Below are positions 31,028 to 42,183 of a stretch of 64,000 bases of DNA, piece after piece. The position numbers and the translations under genes are program-made. Source of the DNA: TPA_inf: Saccharomyces (lineage: Eukaryota); assembly GCA_000146045.2 (NCBI GenBank), contig BK006942.2, positions 32,001 through 96,000 on the forward strand, read 5' to 3'. The notes beneath the pieces were generated by a model. That model had not been told where the DNA came from. It did no database searches and saw nothing but the letters and a program-made list of their open reading frames with translations. Every line of letters starts with the position of its first letter. Positions within the stretch are counted from its first letter, which is position 1.

Positions 31028-34000
31028 TCACTCGTTGGAAGCTTGATCATTTGCTGGACTCTCTTTAACCTTTTTGGTGTCTGGATCAGAAGATGTACCG
31101 CTCTCAATTGGCCGTTTAGATGTACTTCCAATTTCTGTTATTTTTGCTCCATCGGTGCTATTGTTAGTTAGATCGGTTACGTTGGAAAAGTTAATCGCCG
31201 CTTTGACTGCAACTTCAGGTTGAATATTGAGTGTACGTAGGGGGGCATTCGTATTGATATTAGATTGGGATGCTGTGAATGGGTTCTGAAAACTTTGAAG
31301 AGATGATGTATTAGAGGAGAAGAATGGCTTACCAAAACTAAAGGTTGGAATGGCCTTGTTACCAGCAGCGCTACTATCCACGATATTATTTTCTTTATTT
31401 GTAACCATTGACTGGCTGTCATTGAAGGAAACGTCATTCTTCACATTCTTCAATTGTTCTTGAGGTTTAAGGTTTTTTTGATTTATAAAGCCAGCGACAG
31501 CCGACGGCCTCTCAGAATTCCCCTTCGATGGACTGTTCCATAATTCTTCTTCGGCATCTTCCCCGCTACCTTTGTTATCAAGAAACGTTAAGCTTCCCGC
31601 GTTTTCTTTCAATTTCTTTCGAAATTCTTCTTCTAATTCTTCTTTACGCTTACTAATGATCTTTTGTATCCTTTCCTCGCTTGGTAACCTTATTCTTTTC
31701 TTTAAATTCTCTTCTGCTTCCTTAATTCTCCTTAACGTTTCATCTTCATATTCCTTTAGCCATTCCTTTTTCAATGTTTCGATATCTTTACTGTATTCTG
31801 CTTCTGAGCTTGTACTCTTATTTAAGGTCTCTTGTAATTTTTTTTCAAATTCCTTCGTTCTTTCGTCAATAATTCTGTCCTTTTCTTTCTCCATGTTAAC
31901 TTTCAATTTCTCAAATGCATCAGATGAGCTATTCGCAGTTTTGAAAATTTGTAACTCCTTTTTGAGTGATTCAATTTCCTCCATTAATGTCCGATAAGTG
32001 TCCTTTTCGTGATCTCTCGAGACGTCTTCTGATTGGAGTTCATGTGCTTTGAGCTTCGTATCTAGATCAATAACTTTAGCGTTTTCAAAGTGTAGATCTT
32101 GTTCTAATTTGTCTTTAATTGCTTTTAATTCGTTGAGTTCGTTAGTTAAAGCAGCTTGTTGTTTCTTAGATGCGTCCAATTTTTCATGAGCCTGCTTCTT
32201 TAGCCTATTGAATTTATTTTCCAAGTCAGCGTTTGCGTTCTCAGCGCTTGAAAGTTTTCCCTTCAAATCACTAATCTCATTAGTTAGCTTTTCAATGTCT
32301 TTTTTTTGGGCATCTTTTTGTTGTTGAGATAAGTCCTGGTACCTCTGTTTACATTGCTCCATTTCACTTTCATATACTAAAATTTTGTTAGAATTTATCG
32401 AAACTTGTTCTTTTGTTTGTATGAGATCACGCTGTAATCGAGAAATTTCTTCTTGCCTATCATTTAATTGTTTATAAATTTCCCTGTTTTTTTCGGTTAC
32501 GTTTTTGAGACTCTTTTGTAAGATGGCATTATTCTCTTTTAAAATGTTAACTTGAGTAACTTCTTTCGTGATATCCTTGAATTCGTCAATAATAACTGCA
32601 GAGCATTGGTATTCCTTCTCCGATAAAGTCTGGGTTCGTTGCAGGTCATTTATCGTTTTTTCTAAACTATCGTTCTTTTGTTTAACGAATGCCAATTCTC
32701 TCTTACAGGTGGTTAACTTCGTCTCTAAAGAATTTCTTTCATGACGTAAGTTTGAAAACAAAGAAACTAGCTTCAAATGATCTTTATCGCCATTATTTGC
32801 TGCTGTGTCATCAACCTTTTCAATCAATACCGAATTTTCAACACGCAAGGATTCCGTCTGTTCAATATTAGATATCAATTCTCTTTCATAATCAGCCTTT
32901 TCCTCCATCCATTTCCTTTCATGTTTATCGAGTAAATCCTGAGCGCTATACAATGAGGATTTGGTTTTTGTTAATTCTGCTTGGCAATCAGCCGCATCCT
33001 TTTCAAGGCGGATAACCAATTCAGATAGATCTTTATTTTCCTTCATTGTGGACTGATATTGGGACATTTCTTTTTTTTTGCACAGTTGGACAATCGTACT
33101 CATTTTTTCAATTTTTTCTATCATTTTTTGGATCCTTTCTACCTCATTCCTCAACTTTTCTGATTGTTGAACGAAATGCAATGCACCTTCTTTTAGTTTC
33201 GGTTGCAAAGCTCTTATTTCACCGAGCTCTCCGCGTAAACGAGATAGATCTTCTTCCCTCGCCCATTTTTCCTTCTTCTCTAGTTCAATCTTAGCATCGT
33301 AATTTTCTTTGGTTTTTGCTAGTTCATTTTTCAATTCTATTAGCGCATTTTCATTCGATGATATAATTTCTTCATAAGCCTGTATCTGTGAGTTTGCATC
33401 CTTCAATTGAACTTGGATTTGCTCTAATTCTTTTCTCAAAGTCGGTTCTAACGTGCTTGCATCACTATTTTGATCCAAGAATTTATATTGGAATTTGGTT
33501 TTTCTTAGTTCCTTATCCAGGTTCTCTATTTCTGATGAAAGTTTTTCAATCGTTGTTTCCTTATTTGATAATTCAGTTAGTAAGGACTTCATTTTCATTT
33601 CTGTATCATCGATGGTATTTTGAGCCCATTTGAGTTGCGAATCCTTGCATGAGCGTATCGATTCTATTTCTTGTATCTTTGATTGTAAGTCGGAACGTAA
33701 TCTTTCCAAATTGTTTTCCAATTCTTTGATTTTGGCTTTGTATTGGCCCTCTTTCGAGCTAAAATCCATTTTATTTTCATTATGACTGATTTCAGACTCC
33801 TTTAGTCTCATCTGCAATTCTTTTTTTTCTTTGCAGCATTGTTCGAAATCTCTAGTTAAAGATTCTTTCGTGGGTATAAAGCTGGCAGTTTCCTTTTTCA
33901 GTTTGGAAATCTCGTACTCCAAAGATTTGATTTTGATCCTAGACTGTGACAGTTCAGTTGAGGCTCTTTCTTTCTCAACATGTATGTATGATGGAACCCA

Positions 34001-36067
34001 TGATTTTTGTTTCTCGAGTTCAGCTTTTAGGTGGTCTATTGCTTCCTCTAACATACGTTCTTTTTCCTTTGCCAAACCCTTGAAATTTTCAAAATCCTCT
34101 AAAGTTGTTTTTTTTTTGCATTGTGATTTCTTATAAATTAACAACTCTTTTCTTAAATTCTGAATAATAGCAGAGTTTTCGACTTTTGTAGATGAAAGTT
34201 CTGCCTCAAGTTCTCTAATCTTCTTTTCACGGGCTGCTTCCATAGAAGTGACAGAATTTGTGTTGGCCTTGTTTTCTTCAGTTGATGCCAGCAATTTGTA
34301 AGAATCCCGCTCTCTTAATAGGATATTTATCCGGGTTTCCATCTTCGCATTGATGTTCTCCAGTTCAATTATTGCATCTTTTGCTTCTTTAATGGTCTGG
34401 TTTTCTACCTTTTGTAAGGTCTTGTCTTGTTTTCCTTCATAATTTTCTAATTTATCAGCCAAAATCCGAATGCAATTCAAGAGTTCAACATTTTTTTCTT
34501 GTAGCTCATTCACATTACTGAATTCAACCAGTCTTTCCGTAATGATGGCTTGGGAATCATTTTCATTTACGATATTGCTCGACTCCAGTATTTTTCTTAA
34601 TGATATCAGTTCATCTTGCGATAACGGCGATGCCGTTTCCTGTATCGCAGATGTATTTAAAAGAAGTAGTTTAACTTGACGGGCCAAATCCAAACGTTGT
34701 TTCACCAGAGAATGAATATTTGCTTCACAGCCATTTATCTTCTGTCTCAGTGAAGTTATTTCTCTTTCTTGCTTACGCTTAGTCAAAGAAACAGTTTCTA
34801 GTAGTTCTGTGGAACGTTTTAGTTCATGTTCCAATGATTTTGTTCTTTCCTTAAAAGAGATCAGTTCAGGGGTTTTATGCTCTAATTCTAGTATAAAATC
34901 CTCCAGTTGATTCTGTAATTGAAATTTCTGATTCCTTTCCTTTATCAATTGTCTTTTCAGCACTTTGATATCAGAAAATAGTTTACCTACTGTGGGAGAA
35001 ACTGCACTCGTAGTCATTGTAGCTTCTTCTTCCTTGGTACAATCCATAACTATATTCTGTAACCTTTGACACTCATTTTTTGATTTTTCGAGTCTTAATT
35101 TTGTGTCTATAAGTTCGTCTATCACATCAGTATGTTCAGGGTTCCTGCAGGAATTATCATCATTTTTCTCTATTGCTCTCAAGGAACAATCTTTTTCCAA
35201 TGATGTTAGTTGTGAGCGTAGCAAATCGTTCATATTTTTTTGTAAAGTCATTTCTTTGGAGAATTCTGCTTTTTCCACACTTGCGGTATCTTTCAAATTT
35301 TTCATTTCCAGTACTTTCTCTTCCACCGACTGGGATAATTGTTTATTTTGATTTAGTAAAAACTTATTGTACGTAAAGACAGATTCATAGTTGGATTGCA
35401 TTTGGTATAGTTTTTCTTCGAGGTTCTCTACGTGCGATGATTTTGTGACTTCTTCTGTTAGCGTTTTTTTGCTAAAAGATGATAATTTTTCTTCAATTAA
35501 TTTTTTACTTTGTAACATTAATTCTTTTTCCTGTACTGAGGTATCGTACTTTAACTGTAATGATATAGCATTGGACTTGCACCTTTGTAGTATATTTTCC
35601 ATTTCCATCAGCTTTCTTCGAAGAAGCTTATTTTCTTTGTTCAAATCATCATTTAAAGAATCATTCCCCTGATCTCTACTCTGCCAAATGTCATATTCTT
35701 CTTTAACTCGTTTTTCGTCATTTACTTCTCTCATAGCTTCATGGCTCACATGCAATTGTTTTTTTAGTGCATCTATTTCCCGCCTATATCTGGAACGTTC
35801 TTCATTCAGCTGATCTTTCAAGCCATTCAATTCTTCTTTAGCTGTGTTCTTCTGCTCAGAAGATTCATCTAGTAGCTGCTTAAGTTTTGAAATCCTTGAA
35901 TAGTACTGCGATTTGATCTCATCGACCAAAACATTGAGTTTTGTCACTTCCTCTTCAGAACGTTCAAACTTGGCTATTTTCTTGTATAACTTTCTTAAGA
36001 CAGGATAGGTAACACCTTGAAGTGATTCGAATGGAACATTTAAAAACTCAGATATTTTGTCCTCCAT
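31028..36067 (-). CDS. MLP2: Myosin-like nuclear-basket coiled-coil protein (Tpr homologue), 1679 aa
   Basis: Almost uninterrupted heptad-repeat, E/K/L/Q-rich coiled coil, with an unstructured Ser/Thr/Asn-rich tail. Size and position match YIL149C. Confidence 0.95.
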   Translation of the reverse strand: MEDKISEFLNVPFESLQGVTYPVLRKLYKKIAKFERSEEEVTKLNVLVDEIKSQYYSRISKLKQLLDESSEQKNTAKEELNGLKDQLNEERSRYRREIDALKKQLHVSHEAMREVNDEKRVKEEYDIWQSRDQGNDSLNDDLNKENKLLRRKLMEMENILQRCKSNAISLQLKYDTSVQEKELMLQSKKLIEEKLSSFSKKTLTEEVTKSSHVENLEEKLYQMQSNYESVFTYNKFLLNQNKQLSQSVEEKVLEMKNLKDTASVEKAEFSKEMTLQKNMNDLLRSQLTSLEKDCSLRAIEKNDDNSCRNPEHTDVIDELIDTKLRLEKSKNECQRLQNIVMDCTKEEEATMTTSAVSPTVGKLFSDIKVLKRQLIKERNQKFQLQNQLEDFILELEHKTPELISFKERTKSLEHELKRSTELLETVSLTKRKQEREITSLRQKINGCEANIHSLVKQRLDLARQVKLLLLNTSAIQETASPLSQDELISLRKILESSNIVNENDSQAIITERLVEFSNVNELQEKNVELLNCIRILADKLENYEGKQDKTLQKVENQTIKEAKDAIIELENINAKMETRINILLRERDSYKLLASTEENKANTNSVTSMEAAREKKIRELEAELSSTKVENSAIIQNLRKELLIYKKSQCKKKTTLEDFENFKGLAKEKERMLEEAIDHLKAELEKQKSWVPSYIHVEKERASTELSQSRIKIKSLEYEISKLKKETASFIPTKESLTRDFEQCCKEKKELQMRLKESEISHNENKMDFSSKEGQYKAKIKELENNLERLRSDLQSKIQEIESIRSCKDSQLKWAQNTIDDTEMKMKSLLTELSNKETTIEKLSSEIENLDKELRKTKFQYKFLDQNSDASTLEPTLRKELEQIQVQLKDANSQIQAYEEIISSNENALIELKNELAKTKENYDAKIELEKKEKWAREEDLSRLRGELGEIRALQPKLKEGALHFVQQSEKLRNEVERIQKMIEKIEKMSTIVQLCKKKEMSQYQSTMKENKDLSELVIRLEKDAADCQAELTKTKSSLYSAQDLLDKHERKWMEEKADYERELISNIEQTESLRVENSVLIEKVDDTAANNGDKDHLKLVSLFSNLRHERNSLETKLTTCKRELAFVKQKNDSLEKTINDLQRTQTLSEKEYQCSAVIIDEFKDITKEVTQVNILKENNAILQKSLKNVTEKNREIYKQLNDRQEEISRLQRDLIQTKEQVSINSNKILVYESEMEQCKQRYQDLSQQQKDAQKKDIEKLTNEISDLKGKLSSAENANADLENKFNRLKKQAHEKLDASKKQQAALTNELNELKAIKDKLEQDLHFENAKVIDLDTKLKAHELQSEDVSRDHEKDTYRTLMEEIESLKKELQIFKTANSSSDAFEKLKVNMEKEKDRIIDERTKEFEKKLQETLNKSTSSEAEYSKDIETLKKEWLKEYEDETLRRIKEAEENLKKRIRLPSEERIQKIISKRKEELEEEFRKKLKENAGSLTFLDNKGSGEDAEEELWNSPSKGNSERPSAVAGFINQKNLKPQEQLKNVKNDVSFNDSQSMVTNKENNIVDSSAAGNKAIPTFSFGKPFFSSNTSSLQSFQNPFTASQSNINTNAPLRTLNIQPEVAVKAAINFSNVTDLTNNSTDGAKITEIGSTSKRPIESGTSSDPDTKKVKESPANDQASNE

Positions 36068-36349
36068 TGCCGGTTTGCTTCCGCCCAGTGTTCTTTCGCC
36101 TTAAATTTCTTTTGGTAAACTTCCACTAGAAAAAGAAAAGCCACCAGAGAAATAAGCGCTTGCAATTTAACGCCGATATTGTTTTCTTCTTCTATTATCT
36201 TCAATTATCGATCAACTCTATCCAACAATTCTATAATATCCACTGTTCATTAACGAATATTGGTCTTTTTCCCTTATGGTGAAGTAAATTTTCCATGCAA
36301 TATCCGGGTAAGCTATCGACAAGTTTATTGACTGCAATTTGAGTTTATT

Positions 36350-36381
36350 ACATCCGTACATTACTAAGATGTATGGTTTTT
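36350..36381. promoter_or_regulatory. Two adjacent Rap1-like sites (ACATCCGTACATT forward; AACCATACATCTT on the reverse strand) about 330-360 bp upstream of RPL40A
   Basis: Both are close to ACACCCRYACAYM. Paired Rap1 sites 250-450 bp upstream are the standard architecture of yeast ribosomal-protein promoters. Confidence 0.5.
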
Positions 36382-36707
36382 CTATTTTTGTGCTCCGTGT
36401 CGATATTTCGTGGAGCAAACCAGAAAAGATGCGGAACCTCTTAGCACTCCGCCTGGACATAGGCGGAGCATATTCCTCCTATGGGATGGGTTTTGTTGTA
36501 CTCTTTTCTCTCTAGACAGGACCTCCGATTGCCTCCCTGAGGGTGAGATGGTTTCCGGCCTCAGGACGGCCTTCTCCAGTTTCTAGCGAGGCATACATTC
36601 CAACCAAAGGTGTATCAAGAATATCTGAAATTAAAGGTAGTTGAATCTCTATTTGTTGTTGTTATTACCGCTTATTATCCCATAGTTGAGACGACCAAGA
36701 TTCAAAC

Positions 36708-37528
<821 letters not shown>

Positions 37529-37790
37529 TCTGTTTCGCCCAATCAATCTATACATTTATTTACTGTATACTTTAATGTACATCTTCTTTTATCATACCTA
37601 CTGTTAAAATCATAATATTAATTCATACAATATACTTAAGAAAACAATATACTTTTCTTAGTTTCATAACTTTGGAATCTATAATGTTGTTTTTTTTTTT
37701 TTAAGTATATTTGTATATTATGCATATAAGTCAACGCGTAGCGGTGGTATTACGCGCAAGCTTTTGATTTCTCTTACTATTCTTGGTTGT

Positions 37791-40700
37791 TCATTTGTTA
37801 TTTTTCTTTCCCTGATATGCTGCACAAAACTCAGTAAGAATAGTTTTCAATTTTGGTCTTTTGATTGGTTTCGATAAAAATCCGTTCATTCCTGATTCCA
37901 AACATTCTTTAATGTTGCTATCGTCAGCAAAAGCGGTTAGAGCGACAATAGGTGAGGTATAACCTAAATCGCGCCTTATCATCTTGGTAGAAAGTAAACC
38001 ATCCACTTTAGGCATCTGGACATCCATGAAAATCATATTATAATTTTCGCCCTTAGATGTCAATTCTTTAACTTTGTCGAATGCTTCTTGGCCATCGCAA
38101 GCCAGTTCAATATTTTCAATGCCCTCCAAGTTCAACATTCTTTTGATAACTTCCTGATTTACATGATTATCTTCTACAACCAAAATTTTGACACTTGTTT
38201 CATTTTTATCGTCGTCTTTGACTGTGGGGATGTTTCTACTTGATGTGGCTGTACCAGTACTTTGCAAAAATGGTCTATCAAGATTGACAGAACCTAGACC
38301 TTCATGTCGAGAACGATGCTTAGAAGACAAGGAATTTTGTTCGTTAACTTCAGCACCTGTAAGACATATAGAAGGTTTAATATTTTTTTCCTGCAGTTGT
38401 TCAAGCCCTCCATTGTCGTTTTTTTCTTCTCTTCCCATGTTAGGATTTCCAACATCTTTCGTCTCATGCTTACCTTTACTTCTTACCTCCGGTAGCACGT
38501 CGTTGGTTAGGCTACTTCTATTTGTAGCTGGTGTTGCAACAGATGATGTGGATTGTCGGCTCTTGATGCTTTTAGCAACACTAAACTTGACTCTTCTGTT
38601 CTTTCTACTCTCAGGATTAAATTCGTCCTCAAAAGGAAACTCCATATCTGCAAAACTGATCTCTTTAGTTTGATTTAATGGCAAGGTAAAAGTGAATTTA
38701 CTACCAACACCTACTTTCGACTCTAATTTCATCGTTCCATGCATCATATTTGCTAACTGTCTACAGATTGATAGACCTAAGCCAGTACCACCATATTGCC
38801 TGGACAATGTTTGATCACCTTGAACAAATGGATGAAATACAGATTCTTGTAAGGAAGGGTCAATACCAGGCCCAGTGTCTTCCACTTCAATAGAAATAAC
38901 CCACGTTTTGGGGTTTTCGATAGGTCTTCCTAGGTTACCACCTTCTTCATCATCTGAGCCAGGTGCTTTATTGAACTGACTATTGAAGATAGCGTTATCA
39001 TACGAGCTGGTAGTTGTTGATACTATAGAAGATACATCATCATTCGAAGCTTTTTCCCTGTCATTCACTTTCTTATAGATACTTTCATTCGCAACAGTAT
39101 TTCTTTTTGTTATCTCTTCCTGAATTGTCGAAGTGTCTCTATTACTTCCTAGGGAAGTAGCGCTGGATTCTAAATCGACACTTTTCCTATGGTTCGATAA
39201 AGTTGGAAGATCGTATTTATCTGTAGTTTCTAAATTTTCGGTTACTTCTGTCCCTTTTTTGATATACACTTCTTTGTATTGCTTCTTCTCGCTTAATTCT
39301 TTGTCGTATTCACCCAACAGTTTCATTCTTACATCAACGGTACCATCTACAGGGGTGAACTTTAGTGCATTGGACACTAGATTCATCACAATTTGAATAA
39401 TTCTGTTGGAATCACCCCAAAGAACCATTGTCCTTATCAAATTAGGAAACAATGATATTGAAAGACGAACACGCTGATCCTTTGCAACTTTACCAAATAT
39501 CGATTTTATTTGTAAGGCAACATCGGTAATGCAAAAATCTCTTTTCTCCAGTTTCGTTCTTTGAAGAACGTTTTTGGAAAAAGTTAACAATTCCGTTAGA
39601 ATATGAAGCAAAAGCTCACCTGATCTAAAAATGAGTTTTAAACTATTTCTTATTTTGTTAACATCGGTTTCTTCCATTGAAATAGCCGTCATACCCAGAA
39701 TACCATTTAAAGGCGTTCTCAATTCGTGCGAAATATTGGCAATAAAGACGGTTTTTGCTTCATTTGCGGCCTCTGCCTCAATCTTGGCAGCTTCGAGTTG
39801 TTTTGTCCTCGCCCTAACTCTTTCTTCTAGAAGAGCATAATGTTGGTCTAATGCGTCTGTCATAGTATTGAAGGTTTCTGTTAAATCGGAAAGTTCATCA
39901 GAAAATAGTCTTCTATAATCTGGTAGCCTAGCTTCAGTTAAATTTGCAGAAGTTGTGAGAATGTGAGATCTATTGGAACTTCTGTCAGTGTCATTATGTC
40001 TCAAGGAATGTGGTCCAAGCAAATCGTGATTTAGCGAGCCATCCATTGATATTTTAGCATCGGTGTGGTTATTCGGTATTTTGTTCTCCTCCTCTGGAGG
40101 TGACATTTTCTCATTTCCAAGGTTTATAGCGCTTTTCATGCTACTATTTGCTGAAAAAGCTGCACCACTGCCATGGCCACTGCCTCCATGGCCACTTACG
40201 CTTGTGGTGCTGCCAGCTTCAGCAGTATTAAATTGTAATAACGAAGAAGGAACAGCAAATCCAGAACTAAATCCTCTTTTGAATGAACTGGCTCTGCTTA
40301 TCGTTCTTGGGGTGCTCGGTCGAAGGCCTCTCCCCTCTGTAATTAATTCAGTTGCCTTTTGTAGACGTACAATTGGTTGCACTGCCCAGTGTGCTAGAGG
40401 AAGGGTTAACAAAATGACAAAGACACCAATAGCGATGACAGTGCCGGTGATGATTTTTGCTAGTTTCGTTGCTGGAGAAAGGAAAACCGACTCAGGCTGT
40501 GAAACTATCGCGACCCAATTAACTAGGTTAAACGAACATGGTGAATAGCCTAAAGCAGTATTCCGTGTAGAAAGGATATTGGTTTGTTTCAAAGACCCTC
40601 CCTTCCCGTTTCTAAATGCGCTACTAATGAATGTATCATTTTTTATAGAAAAAACTTTTTGCGGGAGGTCTGATCGTGATCCATACGGTGGAAAGACAAA

Positions 40701-41453
40701 ATGATACCCTGAAGCTTTGCCTTGACTATTATATACTGCAGAAATAATGGCAATTGTGGAATGTTCTAAAGCAGTTGTATCGTTGAACACACTTTTCAGA
40801 CCCTCTGCCGACATTATTATAGTAATGTATCCGTAAACCCTTGAATCAGTCAAGATAATAGAAGGATTGGCAAAAATAGGTAAAGACATAGACATCAAAT
40901 AGTCGGTGCTATTTAGTACTGGATCCGTCAATATACCTATAGTTTCCAGTGAAGAAGGTAGCGGTGTATCGGTGGATAATGGGAACAAACTGTCTAAAAC
41001 ATCTTCTGGAATTAGATCACCAGTTCCATTATTCGTAGCGTTCAAAACAGCATTAAATGAAGAATCGTAAACTTTAGCAACATAAAACAAGTTTGAAGAG
41101 CTCAAAAATTTTTGAATCACACTCAAGGAATCTACCCAATTATCTGCACTCTTGTTACCTGCAACGTAACTTGTTAGTGAGCTTTGCAGGGCGTCTCTTG
41201 ATGCCAAATAGTACGCCTGGTAATATAAGTAGTTTAGAGTTTGGTCAATCTGTGATGACTTTAACTGAGCGGCAATGTACAGTCTATCGGACCTTAAATT
41301 TTTATAGTTCGAGGTAAAATAGACCCCTGTCGTTACAGCCAGAATAATCAGTGAGCCCAAAGCCACTATACTAACTAGTGCCGTTAGTTGAGTTCGGATG
41401 CCTATCCTAAACGGAGGAGTGAGTTCCAATTTTGATGGCAGGCCAAATCGCAT
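37791..41453 (-). CDS. SLN1: Transmembrane hybrid histidine kinase osmosensor, 1220 aa
   Basis: Two TM segments flanking an extracellular domain. H-box ISHELRTPLNGI (His576 codon at 39726-39728). G1/G2 ATP-binding boxes. C-terminal receiver domain with IFMDVQMP (Asp1144 codon at 38022-38024). Confidence 0.96.
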   Translation of the reverse strand: MRFGLPSKLELTPPFRIGIRTQLTALVSIVALGSLIILAVTTGVYFTSNYKNLRSDRLYIAAQLKSSQIDQTLNYLYYQAYYLASRDALQSSLTSYVAGNKSADNWVDSLSVIQKFLSSSNLFYVAKVYDSSFNAVLNATNNGTGDLIPEDVLDSLFPLSTDTPLPSSLETIGILTDPVLNSTDYLMSMSLPIFANPSIILTDSRVYGYITIIMSAEGLKSVFNDTTALEHSTIAIISAVYNSQGKASGYHFVFPPYGSRSDLPQKVFSIKNDTFISSAFRNGKGGSLKQTNILSTRNTALGYSPCSFNLVNWVAIVSQPESVFLSPATKLAKIITGTVIAIGVFVILLTLPLAHWAVQPIVRLQKATELITEGRGLRPSTPRTISRASSFKRGFSSGFAVPSSLLQFNTAEAGSTTSVSGHGGSGHGSGAAFSANSSMKSAINLGNEKMSPPEEENKIPNNHTDAKISMDGSLNHDLLGPHSLRHNDTDRSSNRSHILTTSANLTEARLPDYRRLFSDELSDLTETFNTMTDALDQHYALLEERVRARTKQLEAAKIEAEAANEAKTVFIANISHELRTPLNGILGMTAISMEETDVNKIRNSLKLIFRSGELLLHILTELLTFSKNVLQRTKLEKRDFCITDVALQIKSIFGKVAKDQRVRLSISLFPNLIRTMVLWGDSNRIIQIVMNLVSNALKFTPVDGTVDVRMKLLGEYDKELSEKKQYKEVYIKKGTEVTENLETTDKYDLPTLSNHRKSVDLESSATSLGSNRDTSTIQEEITKRNTVANESIYKKVNDREKASNDDVSSIVSTTTSSYDNAIFNSQFNKAPGSDDEEGGNLGRPIENPKTWVISIEVEDTGPGIDPSLQESVFHPFVQGDQTLSRQYGGTGLGLSICRQLANMMHGTMKLESKVGVGSKFTFTLPLNQTKEISFADMEFPFEDEFNPESRKNRRVKFSVAKSIKSRQSTSSVATPATNRSSLTNDVLPEVRSKGKHETKDVGNPNMGREEKNDNGGLEQLQEKNIKPSICLTGAEVNEQNSLSSKHRSRHEGLGSVNLDRPFLQSTGTATSSRNIPTVKDDDKNETSVKILVVEDNHVNQEVIKRMLNLEGIENIELACDGQEAFDKVKELTSKGENYNMIFMDVQMPKVDGLLSTKMIRRDLGYTSPIVALTAFADDSNIKECLESGMNGFLSKPIKRPKLKTILTEFCAAYQGKKNNK

Positions 41454-42183
41454 TTGTATTGTTAAATCAAAACAAAGTAGATTATACCCAACGTGTTCTT
41501 ATTTCAATTCTATGCTTATTATAATTGGATGATAGATCTATAAGATCTTCTCCACTGCTGTTACCTGTCTTTATAGAATTCGTAGTAGGAAATGGAAAAC
41601 AACAAACAAGGACAGAATCAAAACTCCGGACGGAATCTGCTAAAATGTAGTGAGTTGGCTTTTGTTCGTGCTGTTTTCGATGAACTATTAATCCCAAATT
41701 TATGTAGTAATAATCACTAAAAAATGCGAAGAGGAAATATTAACGCGCGGCGCAAAAAGATCGGGTAATTTGGGCGTTTAAGTACATGAAGGTAGAATAT
41801 TTCAAATATGATGTCAAAGGCGATAATAGTAACTTCTAAATGCATTCACATTTACAGCGATAGTTTCCTTGAAGTCGTCGGAATACGCTCTATGCGCTAT
41901 GGTTGATTTTTAATTGTTTTTTTGTGTTGAGACGCGAAAGTAAGGAATATATAAAGAAACTTAAATTTGCTAACAGAAGAAATATTTTATAAGCTGTTTG
42001 TTTATGTATTTATGAAACCAAACAAAAAATTGCCTGTATAATGAAAGAATTTTCATATTTGATAAGCTTCTATGTAATTAAGGAAAGGAACCAAACGGGG
42101 AATATAGATACGCAGTGAGAGAAACAGAAGTGATAGTAAAAAAGTGAGTAGGAACGTGTATGTTTGTGTATATTGGAAAAAGG

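Noticed and set aside
31028-36067. About 12 plus-strand ORFs of 60-140 aa (for example 31572-31997, 33046-33294, 35391-35672) lying inside MLP2
   Set aside because: They are antisense to a GAA/AAG/CAA-rich coiled-coil coding region, which reads as TTC/CTT/TTG-rich open frames (Phe/Leu/Ser-rich nonsense peptides). They have no start context and no domain features.
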